Source of the DNA: Escherichia coli
GTDB taxonomy: Bacteria; Pseudomonadota; Gammaproteobacteria; Enterobacterales; Enterobacteriaceae
Length of the DNA: 64,000 bases
Assembly (NCBI RefSeq): GCF_002854065.1
Contig: NZ_CP024153.1
Strand: one strand, 5' to 3'
In this document: positions 38,488-50,243 of the stretch, piece after piece
How the letters are laid out: every line of letters starts with the position of its first letter
Position numbering within the stretch: position 1 is the stretch's first letter
The notes under the pieces: model-generated
The model's database searches: none
What the model was told of the DNA's origin: nothing
Seen by the model: the letters and a program-made list of their open reading frames with translations, nothing else
Program-made: the position numbers and the translations under genes

Positions 38488-41400
38488 TCAGGACACGCTT
38501 TTTTTATGTCTGCGCAGCCAGATTAATTTGTAGGCGGCAGGAATAATGAACAGGGACAGCAGCGGAGCCGTGATCATCCCACCAATCATGGGTGCCGCGA
38601 TACGGCTCATGACTTCTGAACCTGCACCGGTTCCCCAGAGTATTGGCAGCAGACCCGCAATGATCACCGCCACGGTCATGGCTTTCGGCCGGACACGCAG
38701 TACGGCACCATGATAGAGGGCTTCATCAAGGCCTTCCGGTGTGAACGTCTCTTTACGGGACAATTCCGGGTGCGCTTCAATGGCATGACGCAGATACATC
38801 AGCATGACCACGCCAAACTCTGCTGCCACCCCGGCCAGGGCGATAAACCCGGTGCCGGTTGCGACAGACATATGGAAGCCCTGCCAGTACAGGAACCATA
38901 TCCCGCCTACCAGCGCAAACGGCAGGCTCATCAGAATAAGTAAGGCCTCATCAGCCCGGCGGAATGCCAGATACAACAGGATGAAGATGATCATCACCGT
39001 CATCGGCACCATCAGCTTCAGTTTCTTGTTGGCATGCTCAAGCAGTTCAAACTGTCCGGAGAATGACACGCTGGTACCCGGTCTCAGTTTCACTTTCTGA
39101 CTGATCGCCGTTTTAATGTCATTAACCACCGACACCATATCCCTGCCGCGCGCGTCAATGTAAATCCAGCTGGCTGGACGGGCATTTTCGGTTTTCAGCA
39201 TGGTTGGTCCGGAAACGACCTTAATATCGGCAACATCGCCCAGCGTAATTTGCTGCTTCATTGGGGTCAGGATTGGCATCTCTCTCAACGCCTGCGGACT
39301 GTTACGGTAATCCTGCGGATAGCGAATGTTAATAGGGTACCGGGCCACGCCTTCAACCGTCTCACCCACCATAGCCCCACCGATTGCTGAAGAGACGAAC
39401 AGCTGGACGTCGCCCACAGTCATCCCGTACCGGGAAGCTTTTTCCCGGTTAATGTCCACATCAATATAACGTCCACCTTCCAGTCGTTCAGCCAGTGCGG
39501 AAACCACACCAGGTACGGTTTTAGCGACTGCTTCGATACTCTGTGCTGTTACATCGATATCCGACAGAACAGTACCCGATACCTTAATACCTATCGGACT
39601 TTTAATGCCGGTTGAGAGCATATCAATACGGTTACGGATAGGCGGTACCCAGAGGTTGGCCAGACCCGGTAAACGGACGGTCCTGTCGAGTTCTTCAATA
39701 ATCTTGTCAATCGTCATGCCTGGACGCCACTGATCCTCAGGTTTCAGTTGGATGGTGGTTTCCATCATTTCGAGCGGAGCAGAATCCGTGGCGGTCTCAG
39801 CCTTACCGGTCTTGCCAAAAACTGAGGCCACTTCAGGCACCGTTTTGATTAGTTTGTCCGTGGTCTGTAAGAGCGCAGCAGCTTCTCCAGGAGACACGCC
39901 AGGTAACGTTGACGGCATATACAACAGGTCACCTTCGTTAATCTTCGGTAAAAACTCGCCGCCCACCTGACTCAGTGGCCAGATAACAGTGAAAATGGAT
40001 AAAGCCGCAACCAGCAGGGTTGTTTTTGGCCAGTGTAGTACCCTGAGCAGTAACGGGTGATACGCTTTAATCAGCAACCGGTTCAGTGGGTTACTGGTCT
40101 CAGCAGGAATTTTCCCGCGGATCCAGAACCCCATCAGAATAGGGATAACAATGATTGCCAGTATGGCTGCACCCGCCATGGAATACGTTTTTGTAAAGGC
40201 CAGCGGACCAAACAGACGCCCTTCCTGCCCTTCCAGGGTAAAAATAGGAATGAACGATAATGTGATAATCAGCAGGCTGATAAACAGCGCTGGACCCACT
40301 TCAACGGAGGCGTCAGTGATAACCTTCCAGCGGGTGGCATTATCAATCTGTTCCCCGGGATGCTGATGGTCCCACTCCTCAAGCCGTTTATGCGCGTTTT
40401 CGATCATGACGATGGCGGCATCCACCATCGCTCCGACGGCTATTGCAATCCCTCCCAGCGACATAATGTTGGCATTCAGCCCCTGGAAGTGCATGACGAT
40501 AAAGGCGATACACAGGCCAAGTGGCAGAGAAATAATCGCCACCAGGGCAGAACGGACATGCCAGAGGAACAGTGCGCAAACGACAGCAACAACGATAAAC
40601 TCTTCAAGAAGCTTGTAACTGAGGTTGTCAATCGCACGATCGATTAACTGGCTGCGATCGTATGTCGTTACGATCTCCACTCCTTCAGGCAGGCTTGCCT
40701 TCAGCGTGTCCAGTTTATCCCTCACCGCCGTAATGACTTCGCGTGCATTTTTGCCCGAACGCAGGATCACCACTCCGCCAGCGACTTCGCCCTGACCGTT
40801 AAGCTCAGCGATACCACGCCGCATTTCCGGTCCCATTTGTATGCGGGCAACATCACGCAGGTAAACAGGTACTCCATTTTCCCCCGTTTTCAGGACGATA
40901 TTTTTGAAATCATCAATAGTCTGAAGATAACCGCTGGCCCGGACCATATACTCTGACTCAGCAATTTCAACAGATGAGCCACCGGCTTCCTGGTTAGATG
41001 AGCTAAGAGCTTGTTTTACTTCTGGCAGACTGATGCCGTACTGCGTCAGTTTTACCGGGTCAAGCTGGATCTGATACTGCTTAACCACGCCGCCTACGGA
41101 TGCAACTTCAGCGACATTAGGAATGGTTTTCAGCTCAAACTTCAGGAACCAGTCCTGCAGAGAACGCAGTTCTGAAAGGTCGTGTTTTCCGCTGCGATCG
41201 ACAAGGGCATATTCAAAAATCCAGCCCACACCCGTGGCATCAGGACCGATTTCAGAACTCACACCAGCAGGCAGTTTTCCCTGAACCTGATTCAGATACT
41301 CCAGCACGCGAGAGCGCGCCCAGTACAGATCGGTGCCGTCTTCAAAAATGACATACACATACGAATCCCCGAACTGTGAAAAACCACGCACGGTTTTTGC

Positions 41401-41634
41401 GCCAGGCACGGACAACATGGTGGTGGTAAGCGGATAGGTGACCTGGTTTTCTACAATCTGCGGGGCCTGGCCGGGATAGCTGGTTTTGATAATGACCTGC
41501 ACATCTGACAGGTCAGGCAAGGCATCTACCGGCGTGTTAATAATCGTCCATGTTCCCCAGATGCTGAGAAACAGGGCCCCCATCATGACCAGGAAACGGT
41601 TGGCGACAGAGCGCCGGATAATCCATTCAATCAT
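38488..41634 (-). CDS. silA: SilA heavy-metal RND efflux pump (CusA family)
   Basis: 1048 aa [49 protein letters not shown]... Confidence 0.93.
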   Translation of the reverse strand: MIEWIIRRSVANRFLVMMGALFLSIWGTWTIINTPVDALPDLSDVQVIIKTSYPGQAPQIVENQVTYPLTTTMLSVPGAKTVRGFSQFGDSYVYVIFEDGTDLYWARSRVLEYLNQVQGKLPAGVSSEIGPDATGVGWIFEYALVDRSGKHDLSELRSLQDWFLKFELKTIPNVAEVASVGGVVKQYQIQLDPVKLTQYGISLPEVKQALSSSNQEAGGSSVEIAESEYMVRASGYLQTIDDFKNIVLKTGENGVPVYLRDVARIQMGPEMRRGIAELNGQGEVAGGVVILRSGKNAREVITAVRDKLDTLKASLPEGVEIVTTYDRSQLIDRAIDNLSYKLLEEFIVVAVVCALFLWHVRSALVAIISLPLGLCIAFIVMHFQGLNANIMSLGGIAIAVGAMVDAAIVMIENAHKRLEEWDHQHPGEQIDNATRWKVITDASVEVGPALFISLLIITLSFIPIFTLEGQEGRLFGPLAFTKTYSMAGAAILAIIVIPILMGFWIRGKIPAETSNPLNRLLIKAYHPLLLRVLHWPKTTLLVAALSIFTVIWPLSQVGGEFLPKINEGDLLYMPSTLPGVSPGEAAALLQTTDKLIKTVPEVASVFGKTGKAETATDSAPLEMMETTIQLKPEDQWRPGMTIDKIIEELDRTVRLPGLANLWVPPIRNRIDMLSTGIKSPIGIKVSGTVLSDIDVTAQSIEAVAKTVPGVVSALAERLEGGRYIDVDINREKASRYGMTVGDVQLFVSSAIGGAMVGETVEGVARYPINIRYPQDYRNSPQALREMPILTPMKQQITLGDVADIKVVSGPTMLKTENARPASWIYIDARGRDMVSVVNDIKTAISQKVKLRPGTSVSFSGQFELLEHANKKLKLMVPMTVMIIFILLYLAFRRADEALLILMSLPFALVGGIWFLYWQGFHMSVATGTGFIALAGVAAEFGVVMLMYLRHAIEAHPELSRKETFTPEGLDEALYHGAVLRVRPKAMTVAVIIAGLLPILWGTGAGSEVMSRIAAPMIGGMITAPLLSLFIIPAAYKLIWLRRHKKSVS

Positions 41635-41644
41635 CGTCGTCTCC

Positions 41645-42937
41645 TCAGTGCCCTGAATGCATATTTACAGGCTGGTCAGACATTGCTGGCATACTGCTTT
41701 TTGTTTTTTCAGGGTGGCGCATACGTTCCAGCGCGCCCGTAATATTGGCTTCGGAGTCAATGAGGAACAGGCCACTGACCACCACGGTATCGCCTTCATT
41801 CAGGCCGGAGCCGATGCCGGACTGTTGCTGTGATTCATGCAGAACGTGGATCTGTTTCGGCACAAACTTGCCTTCATCATCAACAGTAATCACGCGCTGT
41901 TCTTTGCCGGTATCGATAACGGCCTGGCTTGGTATCAGCAGCATCTCCTGGCTTCTGGTATTCAGTTTCAGATAGGCATTCATGCCCGGCTTGAGAAACT
42001 CATCCTTATTAGAAACCTGGAGACGGACCTGAAGCGTACGGGTTATCTGATCCACGCTGGGAAGAATATTCCATTTTTCGACATGGAATGTTTTATCCGG
42101 ATAAGCCGGTACCGAAATTTCAAACTGCGACGTATCTTTCAGCAGATAGGCGATAGATTCTGGCACTGCAGCGCTGATCCAGACCGGGTCCATTCCCTGA
42201 ATCTGAGCCACCACCTTATCTTTCGAAATATTCATGCCGGTGCGCAGGTCAAATGCAGTAATGACACCATCAATAGGTGCTTTAATGGTAAAACGGGTCT
42301 GAATGCTCCGGGTAGAACGCAGTCTCTGAATATCCTCTTCCGGCATACCTGCCAGGCGAAGCCGTTCCAGAACGCCTTTAATTTGCGTGGAAGTACCACC
42401 GGTGCTGGATAACAGAAGGAATTCACTCTGTGCTTCCACCCAGTCCGGAATGGTAATATCGATAAGTGGCGTCCCCTTCTTCACATGATCGCCAATCGTC
42501 ATGGGGTAGACTTTTTCGACAAACCCGTCAGAACGCGCCTGCACAATAACAAACTGATACTCGTTATAGCTGACATTAGCCGGGATTGTCTGAGAATAAT
42601 TCAGCATTCCTCGCGTGACTTTTTGCGTTTTTAATCCCAGATTCTGAACCTGGGTTGGGTCGATACGGATCCCGCCACTGCTTTTATCGCCACTGTCATC
42701 AGCATATTTTGGCACCAGGTCCATATCCATAAAGGGCGATTTTCCGGGTTTATCAAATTTGGTATCCGGTTTCATCGGGTCATACCAGAAAAGTACCTTT
42801 CGCTCCGGTGCCTTTTGTTCGGTTTGTACTGTTTTTTGTGATGAGTTTACATACTGCCAGGCAGTAACCGATATCAGCCCCCCTGCTATGAGGCTGCTGA
42901 TAATTATTGCAGCATATTTTATCTTTAAAGAAGCCAT
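41645..42937 (-). CDS. silB: SilB periplasmic adaptor (CusB family)
   Basis: 430-aa MFP-type ORF immediately upstream of silA. Confidence 0.9.
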   Translation of the reverse strand: MASLKIKYAAIIISSLIAGGLISVTAWQYVNSSQKTVQTEQKAPERKVLFWYDPMKPDTKFDKPGKSPFMDMDLVPKYADDSGDKSSGGIRIDPTQVQNLGLKTQKVTRGMLNYSQTIPANVSYNEYQFVIVQARSDGFVEKVYPMTIGDHVKKGTPLIDITIPDWVEAQSEFLLLSSTGGTSTQIKGVLERLRLAGMPEEDIQRLRSTRSIQTRFTIKAPIDGVITAFDLRTGMNISKDKVVAQIQGMDPVWISAAVPESIAYLLKDTSQFEISVPAYPDKTFHVEKWNILPSVDQITRTLQVRLQVSNKDEFLKPGMNAYLKLNTRSQEMLLIPSQAVIDTGKEQRVITVDDEGKFVPKQIHVLHESQQQSGIGSGLNEGDTVVVSGLFLIDSEANITGALERMRHPEKTKSSMPAMSDQPVNMHSGH

Positions 42938-43050
42938 ACAATTTTCCGCTAAAAAATCAAAACACCTGGCATATGCGCCTGACGGTTAACTCACACATAT
43001 ACCTATGTGAATGTACAGGCGCACAGGATGTAATCGCTCCGGACAGCCAA

Positions 43051-43404
43051 TCAGGACTGCGTCACGTTAATGCTTTTGAGTAAGGAGATATTGCCCTGCT
43101 GAATAAACGAGAAATCGACATGGTTGCCTGTTTTCAGGGCATTAATAGCATCGTCTGCATTAACAAAAGTAAAGCGCATGGTCATTGCAGGCCAGCCCAC
43201 CGCTGGAATTGCTTCATGCGAAATGGTGATTTTCTTAGTATTCATATCAATGTCTTTAACGACACCGGTGCCCTTGATAACTTGCTGTACCGAAGCATCA
43301 CTGGCAGTATTCATATCGCCATGCTGATGTGTTTCAGCATGAAGACCGGCAGAAAACATGACAGAGAAGGCACCAAATAAAACGGCTTTAAGTGAATTAC
43401 GCAT
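43051..43404 (-). CDS. silF: SilF periplasmic Ag/Cu chaperone (CusF family)
   Basis: 117 aa with signal peptide; operon position between silC and silB. Confidence 0.88.
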   Translation of the reverse strand: MRNSLKAVLFGAFSVMFSAGLHAETHQHGDMNTASDASVQQVIKGTGVVKDIDMNTKKITISHEAIPAVGWPAMTMRFTFVNADDAINALKTGNHVDFSFIQQGNISLLKSINVTQS

Positions 43405-43431
43405 TTTAATTTCCTGATTAATTAAATAAAT

Positions 43432-44817
43432 TTACTCTACCCAACCGCCACCCAGCGCGGTAAACAGATTAATTTCGTTAACCTGCCGGGAATAGGTAAG
43501 ATCGAGAATGGTTTGCTGGGTAGCGAAGAGGGAACGTTCTGCATCCAGCACTTCGATGTAACTGACAGCACCACTTGCATACAATCCTCTGGCACGCTGG
43601 AGAGTTATCTGAAGTGAATCAAGATAACGCTGCTGTGACTCAAGTTGCTGGCTAAGGCTGTCGCGCAGCGCAAGCGTGTCGGAAACATCCTTAAAGGCTG
43701 ACTGAATTTTTTGTTCGTAATTAACCACCGACTGTTGCTGGCGAATTTCAGCCAGCTTCAGATTGGCTTTATTCCTGCCAGCATTAAATATAGGAATTTC
43801 AATTTTAGGGATAAAATTCCACATTCCACTTCCTGACGTAAACAGGCTGGACAGCTCCGTACTGCTTGCGGAAAGACCACTGGTCAGGGTAATGGAGGGG
43901 AAAAAGGCCGCTCGCGCTGCGCCAATATTGGCATCAGCCGCTTTCAGCTGATATTCCGCTTCCATAATATCCGGTCGCTGCAGCAAAATTTGTGAAGACA
44001 TATTTGGTGGTAATTTTACTGGTGCGATCTCCCCGCCTTTCATCCCTTTTTCTGACGGAAGTGCGCGGTACGTTCCCAGCACCAGTTGCAGGGCATTGTT
44101 TGCCTTAGCCAGATCGCCTTCTCGTTTGGCTATTTCGGCGCGGGTACTTTCGATTTGTCCCCTGGCCTGTTCAAGAGCCAGAACGTTCGTACTCCCGGTC
44201 ACGAGCTGTTGCTCAACGAAAGCATAGGACTGTTGATAATTTTTCAGCGTTTCCCGCGCAATACGGAGTTGTTCGTACGCCAGTTGCTGGCTGAAATAAC
44301 TTTGTGAAACGCTGGAGACCAGCAGGATGTGTACGGCCCGACGGGCTTCTTCGCTGGCAAAGTAGTTCTGGCGATCAGCGTCACTCATGTTCTTAAGTTT
44401 GCCGAAAAAATCGAGCTCATAGCTGAGTTTCAGACCCGCGTCGTACTTCTGTGTGGTCGGCTTGTCGCCTTTCAGACCACCGCTGTATGTGATCCCGGAT
44501 GAGGCATTCAGCTGGGGATAACGATCTGCATCCGTGACGTTGAACTGGGCCCGGGCCTCTTCAACCTTCAGGGCAGCCATTCTCAAATCGCGGTTATTAT
44601 TCAGGGCTTCAGTAATCAGCCGTGTAACCTGGGGATCGACAAAAAAGTTACGCCAGCCCGTATCCTGATAACCATTCACTGCTGGCGTCAGGCTGTTTCG
44701 GGACAGTGAAAACTGCTGGGGTACCGGTGCTGCCGGGCGCTGATATTCAGGTGCCAGAGAGACACAACCGGCCAGGATGAATATCGTGCTAATGCTGAGT
44801 AATTTTAATTTGAACAT
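43432..44817 (-). CDS. silC: SilC outer-membrane factor (CusC family); ORF track has a 101-codon spurious upstream extension
   Basis: 461 aa from MFKLKLLSISTIFILAGC lipoprotein signal. Confidence 0.9.
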   Translation of the reverse strand: MFKLKLLSISTIFILAGCVSLAPEYQRPAAPVPQQFSLSRNSLTPAVNGYQDTGWRNFFVDPQVTRLITEALNNNRDLRMAALKVEEARAQFNVTDADRYPQLNASSGITYSGGLKGDKPTTQKYDAGLKLSYELDFFGKLKNMSDADRQNYFASEEARRAVHILLVSSVSQSYFSQQLAYEQLRIARETLKNYQQSYAFVEQQLVTGSTNVLALEQARGQIESTRAEIAKREGDLAKANNALQLVLGTYRALPSEKGMKGGEIAPVKLPPNMSSQILLQRPDIMEAEYQLKAADANIGAARAAFFPSITLTSGLSASSTELSSLFTSGSGMWNFIPKIEIPIFNAGRNKANLKLAEIRQQQSVVNYEQKIQSAFKDVSDTLALRDSLSQQLESQQRYLDSLQITLQRARGLYASGAVSYIEVLDAERSLFATQQTILDLTYSRQVNEINLFTALGGGWVE

Positions 44818-45006
44818 AACGCTTCTCGTCCAGGCAGACCTGGTAAATGGTTCAAATGAAGTCCAGAGTATTACCAGGGTTACTTTACAGAATGCACTCT
44901 GTTTGTCGGGTGACAGGATAATGACAATGTTGTCATTTTTGCTGTAATCCGTTGATAACGATCGTGGGCGCAATAGAATGACCTTAGCAGCCAGCCGGGG
45001 AGCAAG

Positions 45007-45687
45007 ATGAAAATATTGATCGTCGAAGACGAAATTAAAACAGGTGAATATCTCAGCAAAGGGCTTAGAGAGGCAGGGTTCGTAGTGGATCACGCTGATA
45101 ATGGTCTTACCGGATATCATCTCGCCATGACAGCCGAGTATGATTTAGTCATTCTGGATATCATGCTACCTGATGTGAACGGCTGGGATATCATCCGCAT
45201 GCTGCGCACTGCCGGAAAGGGTATGCCGGTCTTACTGCTGACAGCCCTCGGCACGATCGAACATAGGGTCAAAGGACTGGAACTGGGTGCGGACGATTAT
45301 CTGGTTAAACCCTTTGCGTTTGCCGAACTGCTCGCCCGGGTGAGAACCCTTCTGAGGCGGGGAAACACGATGATCACGGAAAGCCAGTTTAAGGTGGCTG
45401 ACCTCTCGATTGATCTCGTATCCAGAAAAGTCAGTCGCGCCGGAAACCGCATTGTGCTCACCAGTAAAGAGTTCAGCCTGCTGGAATTCTTCATTCGCCA
45501 TCAGGGAGAGGTTCTTCCCCGCTCCCTGATTGCCTCTCAGGTCTGGGACATGAATTTTGACAGCGACACTAATGCGATCGATGTCGCAGTAAAGCGACTC
45601 CGCGCTAAAATAGACAACGATTACGGGACAAAGCTGATCCAGACAGTCCGGGGCGTGGGCTACATGCTGGAGGTCCCGGATGCATAG
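45007..45687 (+). CDS. silR: SilR OmpR-family response regulator
   Basis: 226 aa [40 protein letters not shown]..., divergent from silC. Confidence 0.9.
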   Translation: MKILIVEDEIKTGEYLSKGLREAGFVVDHADNGLTGYHLAMTAEYDLVILDIMLPDVNGWDIIRMLRTAGKGMPVLLLTALGTIEHRVKGLELGADDYLVKPFAFAELLARVRTLLRRGNTMITESQFKVADLSIDLVSRKVSRAGNRIVLTSKEFSLLEFFIRHQGEVLPRSLIASQVWDMNFDSDTNAIDVAVKRLRAKIDNDYGTKLIQTVRGVGYMLEVPDA

Positions 45688-47155
45688 CAAACCTTCCAGA
45701 CGCCCTTTCTCACTCGCTCTGCGGCTGACCTTTTTTATCAGCCTGTCCACGATACTGGCTTTTATCGCCTTCACCTGGTTTATGCTGCATTCTGTTGAAA
45801 ATCATTTTGCCGAGCAGGATGTCAGCGATCTTCAACAAATCAGCACCACACTGAACCGTATACTGCAGTCCCCGGTGGATCCGGATGATAAAAAAATAAG
45901 CAAAATAAAGGAATCAATTGCCAGCTACCGCAACGTTGCCCTTTTGCTCCTCAATCCCAGGGGTGAAGTGCTCTTTAGCTCAGCTCAGGGGGCGGCACTA
46001 CGCCCGGCAGTGAATTCAGCAGATTTTAGCGAGCACAGCCGCGCACGGGATGTCTTTCTCTGGACGGTGGAGGATCCTGCGGGACCGATGGATACCGGGT
46101 CCGAAATGAAGATGGAAACATACAGGATTATCGCCTCCTCTGGTCAGGCGATATTTCAGGGCAAACAGCAGAACTATGTCATGCTGACTGGCCTATCCAT
46201 TAATTTCCATCTCCATTACCTCGATGCGCTGAAAAAGAACCTGATTGCGATTGCCGTCGTGATAAGCCTGTTGATTGTTCTGATCATTCGAATCGCTGTC
46301 CGTCAGGGGCACCTGCCCCTTCGTAATGTCAGCAATGCCATTAAAAACATCACCTCCGAGAATCTTGATGCGCGACTGGAACCGACACGCGTTCCCATTG
46401 AGCTGGAGCAACTGGTTATCTCGTTCAATCATATGATTGGAAAGATTGAGGATGTCTTTACCCGCCAGGCCAATTTCTCTGCCGATATCGCGCATGAGAT
46501 CAGAACGCCCATCACCAATCTGGTGACGCAGACTGAAATCGCACTGAGTCAGGATCGAACACAGAGGGAACTTGAGGATGTCCTCTATTCCAGTCTTGAA
46601 GAGTATAACCGGATGACCAAAATGGTCAGCGATATGCTGTTCCTGGCACAGGCAGATAATAATCAGCTGATACCTGACAGGGTCATGTTTGACCTCAGAG
46701 CGGAAGTCATGAAAGTCTTCGAGTTTTTCGAAGCCTGGGCCGAAGAACGCAATATCACGCTCAAATTTAACGGGATGCCCTGCCTGGTTGAGGGAGATCC
46801 ACAAATGTTCAGAAGGGCGATCAATAATCTGTTATCCAATGCCCTGCGTTATACCCCGGAGGGACAGGCAATCACCGTCTCAATAAGAGAGCAGGAGAGC
46901 TTTTTTGACCTTGTGATTGAAAATCCGGGGAAACCGATCCCTGAAGAACATTTATCAAGGCTGTTTGACCGTTTTTATCGGGTGGATCCATCCAGACAAC
47001 GAAAAGGAGAAGGCAGCGGCATCGGCCTTGCGATTGTGAAGTCAATCGTGGAAGCACATCACGGAAGAGTGCAGGTGGAATCAGACGTACGCTCCACGCG
47101 TTTTATCTTATCCGTGCCCAGACTGGAGAAAATGATCCCGGAAACCCAATGCTGA
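45680..47155 (+). CDS. silS: SilS sensor histidine kinase
   Basis: 491 aa with two TM segments, HAMP and HisKA/HATPase regions; overlaps silR by 8 bp. Confidence 0.9.
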   Translation: MHSKPSRRPFSLALRLTFFISLSTILAFIAFTWFMLHSVENHFAEQDVSDLQQISTTLNRILQSPVDPDDKKISKIKESIASYRNVALLLLNPRGEVLFSSAQGAALRPAVNSADFSEHSRARDVFLWTVEDPAGPMDTGSEMKMETYRIIASSGQAIFQGKQQNYVMLTGLSINFHLHYLDALKKNLIAIAVVISLLIVLIIRIAVRQGHLPLRNVSNAIKNITSENLDARLEPTRVPIELEQLVISFNHMIGKIEDVFTRQANFSADIAHEIRTPITNLVTQTEIALSQDRTQRELEDVLYSSLEEYNRMTKMVSDMLFLAQADNNQLIPDRVMFDLRAEVMKVFEFFEAWAEERNITLKFNGMPCLVEGDPQMFRRAINNLLSNALRYTPEGQAITVSIREQESFFDLVIENPGKPIPEEHLSRLFDRFYRVDPSRQRKGEGSGIGLAIVKSIVEAHHGRVQVESDVRSTRFILSVPRLEKMIPETQC

Positions 47156-47405
47156 AAATAAAGATGTAAATGACAAAGATGTCATTAGCCTGTCATGCAG
47201 CAAACAGAAGCCATTCGATATAATTAGTGCAACTTATCAGGAAGGCTGGATTGCTTCATCAATACCCGGCGTCAGAGTACGCCAGGAAATGAATATCCAG
47301 CCCTCTTCCGGAGAAATAAACGCTGCCGAACTTGTTTCAGTTATGGAACTGAAAACACCGGTTGTACTTCCCCGGACATCACTAATTCAGAAATGGAGAG
47401 TTATC

Positions 47406-47837
47406 ATGAAAAATATCGTATTAGCATCTTTGCTGGGCTTTGGTTTAATTTCATCGGCCTGGGCCACTGAAACCGTGAATATCCATGATCGCGTCAACAA
47501 TGCACAGGCTCCTGCTCACCAGATGCAGTCTGCTGCGGCTCCTGTCGGGATCCAGGGGACTGCTCCTCGTATGACCGGTATGGACCAGCATGAACAGGCC
47601 ATTATTGCTCATGAGACCATGACGAACGGCTCGGCGGATGCGCACCAGAAAATGGTGGAAAGTCATCAGAAGATGATGGGAAATAACACGGTATCCACGA
47701 CCGTCCCGTCAACGTCTTACGCGGCGATGAATGAGCATGAAAGAGCAGCGGTTGCCCATGAATTCATGAATAACGGGCAATCCGGCCCACATCAGGCTAT
47801 GGCCGAAGCGCACCGCCGCATGATCAATGCAGGCTGA
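47406..47837 (+). CDS. silE: SilE periplasmic silver-binding protein (internal start of ORF 47289-47837)
   Basis: 143 aa MKNIVLASLLGFGLISSAWATETVNIH... with repeated His-x-x-Met motifs. Confidence 0.9.
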   Translation: MKNIVLASLLGFGLISSAWATETVNIHDRVNNAQAPAHQMQSAAAPVGIQGTAPRMTGMDQHEQAIIAHETMTNGSADAHQKMVESHQKMMGNNTVSTTVPSTSYAAMNEHERAAVAHEFMNNGQSGPHQAMAEAHRRMINAG

Positions 47838-47929
47838 ATGCGACGGTAGTATCCGTGCTGTTACCTTTTCCCTGATAGATTTTCCTGAAACAACGTTGCT
47901 ACATTTTTGCCCCCCGTCAGGGGGCTTTT

Positions 47930-48331
47930 TTGTCTGACTCAGCTACACTTAACCGGTACCTGTCTGAAAGGAATTATTATATGAAAATCAAAAACACCCT
48001 TTTTGTAATATTAATGTTATCCCTGCCAGCCATTTCTGCTGAACATTCGGAAATGAAAATGTCAGATATGCACTCATCGGCATCATCACAGGAATATATG
48101 GCTGGCATGAAAAATATGCATGAAAAAATGATGGCCGCCGTTAATGAATCCAATCCCGATAAGGCCTTTGCAAAAGGTATGATCGCACACCATGAAGGGG
48201 CAATCGCAATGGCTGAGACCGAGCTCAAATACGGAAAAGATCCCGAAATGAGAAAGCTTGCGCAGGACATCATTAAAGCTCAAAAAGGTGAAATTGAGCA
48301 GATGAATAAATGGCTTGACAGTCATAAATAA
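47930..48331 (+). CDS. DUF305-family periplasmic protein (metal-resistance associated); true start probably internal (about 47981)
   Basis: Signal peptide MKIKNTLFVILMLSLPAISA and ...GMIAHHEGAIAMAE... motif. Confidence 0.65.
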   Translation: MSDSATLNRYLSERNYYMKIKNTLFVILMLSLPAISAEHSEMKMSDMHSSASSQEYMAGMKNMHEKMMAAVNESNPDKAFAKGMIAHHEGAIAMAETELKYGKDPEMRKLAQDIIKAQKGEIEQMNKWLDSHK

Positions 48332-48404
48332 TGAACACTGGAGTGTTGTCTTGCGCACCCTCTTAGGGTACCCCCGGACACGAAAATATATAGCACTTAA
48401 CTAA

Positions 48405-48432
48405 TTAAAAACCCGAATAATTTCGGGTTTTT
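48405..48432 (+). terminator. Rho-independent terminator (AAACCCGAA/TTCGGGTTT stem plus T-run)
   Basis: Read directly. Confidence 0.6.
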
Positions 48433-48718
48433 AATGTAACTTTCTTTTCTGAACGGAAATAATAGTCATACAATTTAATTTTCTTGTAATTACTCCTACT
48501 TTTAATCAGGTACTGGACGATGGATAACGACTCCCGCCTGAGAGGGAAAATCCGTCTGGTTACCTGGCGCTATACTTAACCGATTGATCGACATGCCATG
48601 CTGGTAAAATATTAAAATCCTCCCCCATAAATCTGAACCACATGACAGGATTGATAGTCAGGCAGTATTTCACATTCATTGCTAAAAAAATAAAAATAAG
48701 CATGCATCTTCTCGAAGA

Positions 48719-49633
48719 TTAATTACCTTCCATCTTGTAAAAAAGAATCAAATCCTCTAATAATATCTCGATTCCCGCTTTTTTTAATACATCTTTCCGC
48801 TCGGCATATATTTTCCTCAACATATCTTCAAACCCCTTGCCAAGATGAATTTGTTTATGGCAGTTGCAACATAGTGATATGATATTCTCTTCCACATCCA
48901 GTGAATTCTCAAAATAGTCTTGCTTTGACATCGGGACAATGTGATGAGGTTCTGTGTAATTTAGAGGAGAGTTTCGCCTTCTGAACGTTGGATGGTCGCA
49001 ATTAATTTCACATTTATAATCAGCTTTGTTAAGCGCATTTTTTGAAACAGATTTACTTCTTGGGTATGAGAGTCCATTTTTGACTTCTATTGCAGCTTTC
49101 TTAGGTTTCGCTTTTTCGCTATACTCAAATGTCTGAGTAACGTCAAAGTGATTACTTTCTTCTAGAGCAGTGATCAAATCATTATCTGAGTAAAAATCAA
49201 TGCTTGAGCTTTCGTTCGTACTAAAAAAATCTAGTTCTTTTATTGCCTGAACAAGTTCTTCACGGATAGTCCATAAATTTCGCTTTGGGTTTCCTTTAAT
49301 TTCTCTACTTTTCATGACTGTAATGAATTTTGTCCCGGAAGCAATCTTTCCGACTCCTTTAACCTCGAATCGGCCAAGCTGCTTCTGAACTCTTCCACCC
49401 AACCCATTGATTACACCATTAGCACTCATACTGTGCAGGTCGTACTTCTTGCCGATATCGAAACATGTACAGGAATGGTCTGGCTCAATGAACCATTTTT
49501 TTAACGCTGCAATACTTTTGTCATCAAAAACTTTTTTATCCCTTAATAAAATCTTCCATTCTTCAACGCTAATATCTATATCACAGACGTATTCACCATC
49601 AATTACTTCACATATTTTTTCAATCATGTCCAT
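48719..49633 (-). CDS. HNH (His-Me finger) endonuclease-domain protein with uncharacterised ~200-aa N-terminal domain
   Basis: C-terminal YKCEINCDHP...EPHHIVPMS...SLCCNCHKQIHLG HNH/zinc-finger motifs; low-GC gene flanked by ~400-600 bp AT-rich non-coding DNA. Confidence 0.75.
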   Translation of the reverse strand: MDMIEKICEVIDGEYVCDIDISVEEWKILLRDKKVFDDKSIAALKKWFIEPDHSCTCFDIGKKYDLHSMSANGVINGLGGRVQKQLGRFEVKGVGKIASGTKFITVMKSREIKGNPKRNLWTIREELVQAIKELDFFSTNESSSIDFYSDNDLITALEESNHFDVTQTFEYSEKAKPKKAAIEVKNGLSYPRSKSVSKNALNKADYKCEINCDHPTFRRRNSPLNYTEPHHIVPMSKQDYFENSLDVEENIISLCCNCHKQIHLGKGFEDMLRKIYAERKDVLKKAGIEILLEDLILFYKMEGN

Positions 49634-50243
49634 AACTCTCTTGTAACACAGGCTTTGTAATAATGTAAAATCCGTTACACGGCGTTGTATGTAATGTCAT
49701 TGTCTCTTGGACTCCTACAGTCCAAAACAACTTTGTGTTTTGTTGTCCAAAAACTTTTTGTTGCAGTGAGTTCTCACTGAGATAAATCTCGCCTTGAGCG
49801 TATCACATCAGCAGACTTCCTCTCAACCTTATGGACTTAACCCGGTCATTCTTCACGACAAAGAAAGTACGGCATTTTACATGACGAAGAGACGGTCTCA
49901 GTTTCACATGACCGGATAACGTTTTTAATGTACTTCATTATTACGGCACGGGTGTTCAAAGAGTATTTTTAAATATTAATCATTTTGTTTAACGGGTGGA
50001 TACCTACAAATTTTAACATTTACTAATCAAGATAGCAGTTATACGTACTGTCCCGGCAAAAATCCTGAGGTTTACAGATTCCCTCACCGTAACAGACCCG
50101 GTCATTCCCCCTGGTCCTCCGGAGAGTCTAGTACGAGTGATAAACGTGAATTCCTGTACCTGAAGTTCAGCCGCTGGCAGATAAGTCGTGAACTATAATT
50201 ACATTCAGTCAGATCCAAACACCTTTTCATCTGCATATATACT

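Noticed and set aside
35597-41379. Plus-strand ORFs inside silP and silA (e.g. 35597-36118, 36141-36650, 37307-37780, 40360-40647)
   Set aside because: Antisense to well-supported sil genes; no independent evidence.
44818-45120. 101-codon upstream extension of the silC ORF
   Set aside because: The lipoprotein signal MFKLKLLSISTIFILAGC at 44817 is the plausible start; the extension overlaps the silC/silR intergenic promoter region.
46193-46804. 203-aa minus-strand ORF inside silS
   Set aside because: Antisense to the sensor kinase gene; no motif or RBS.
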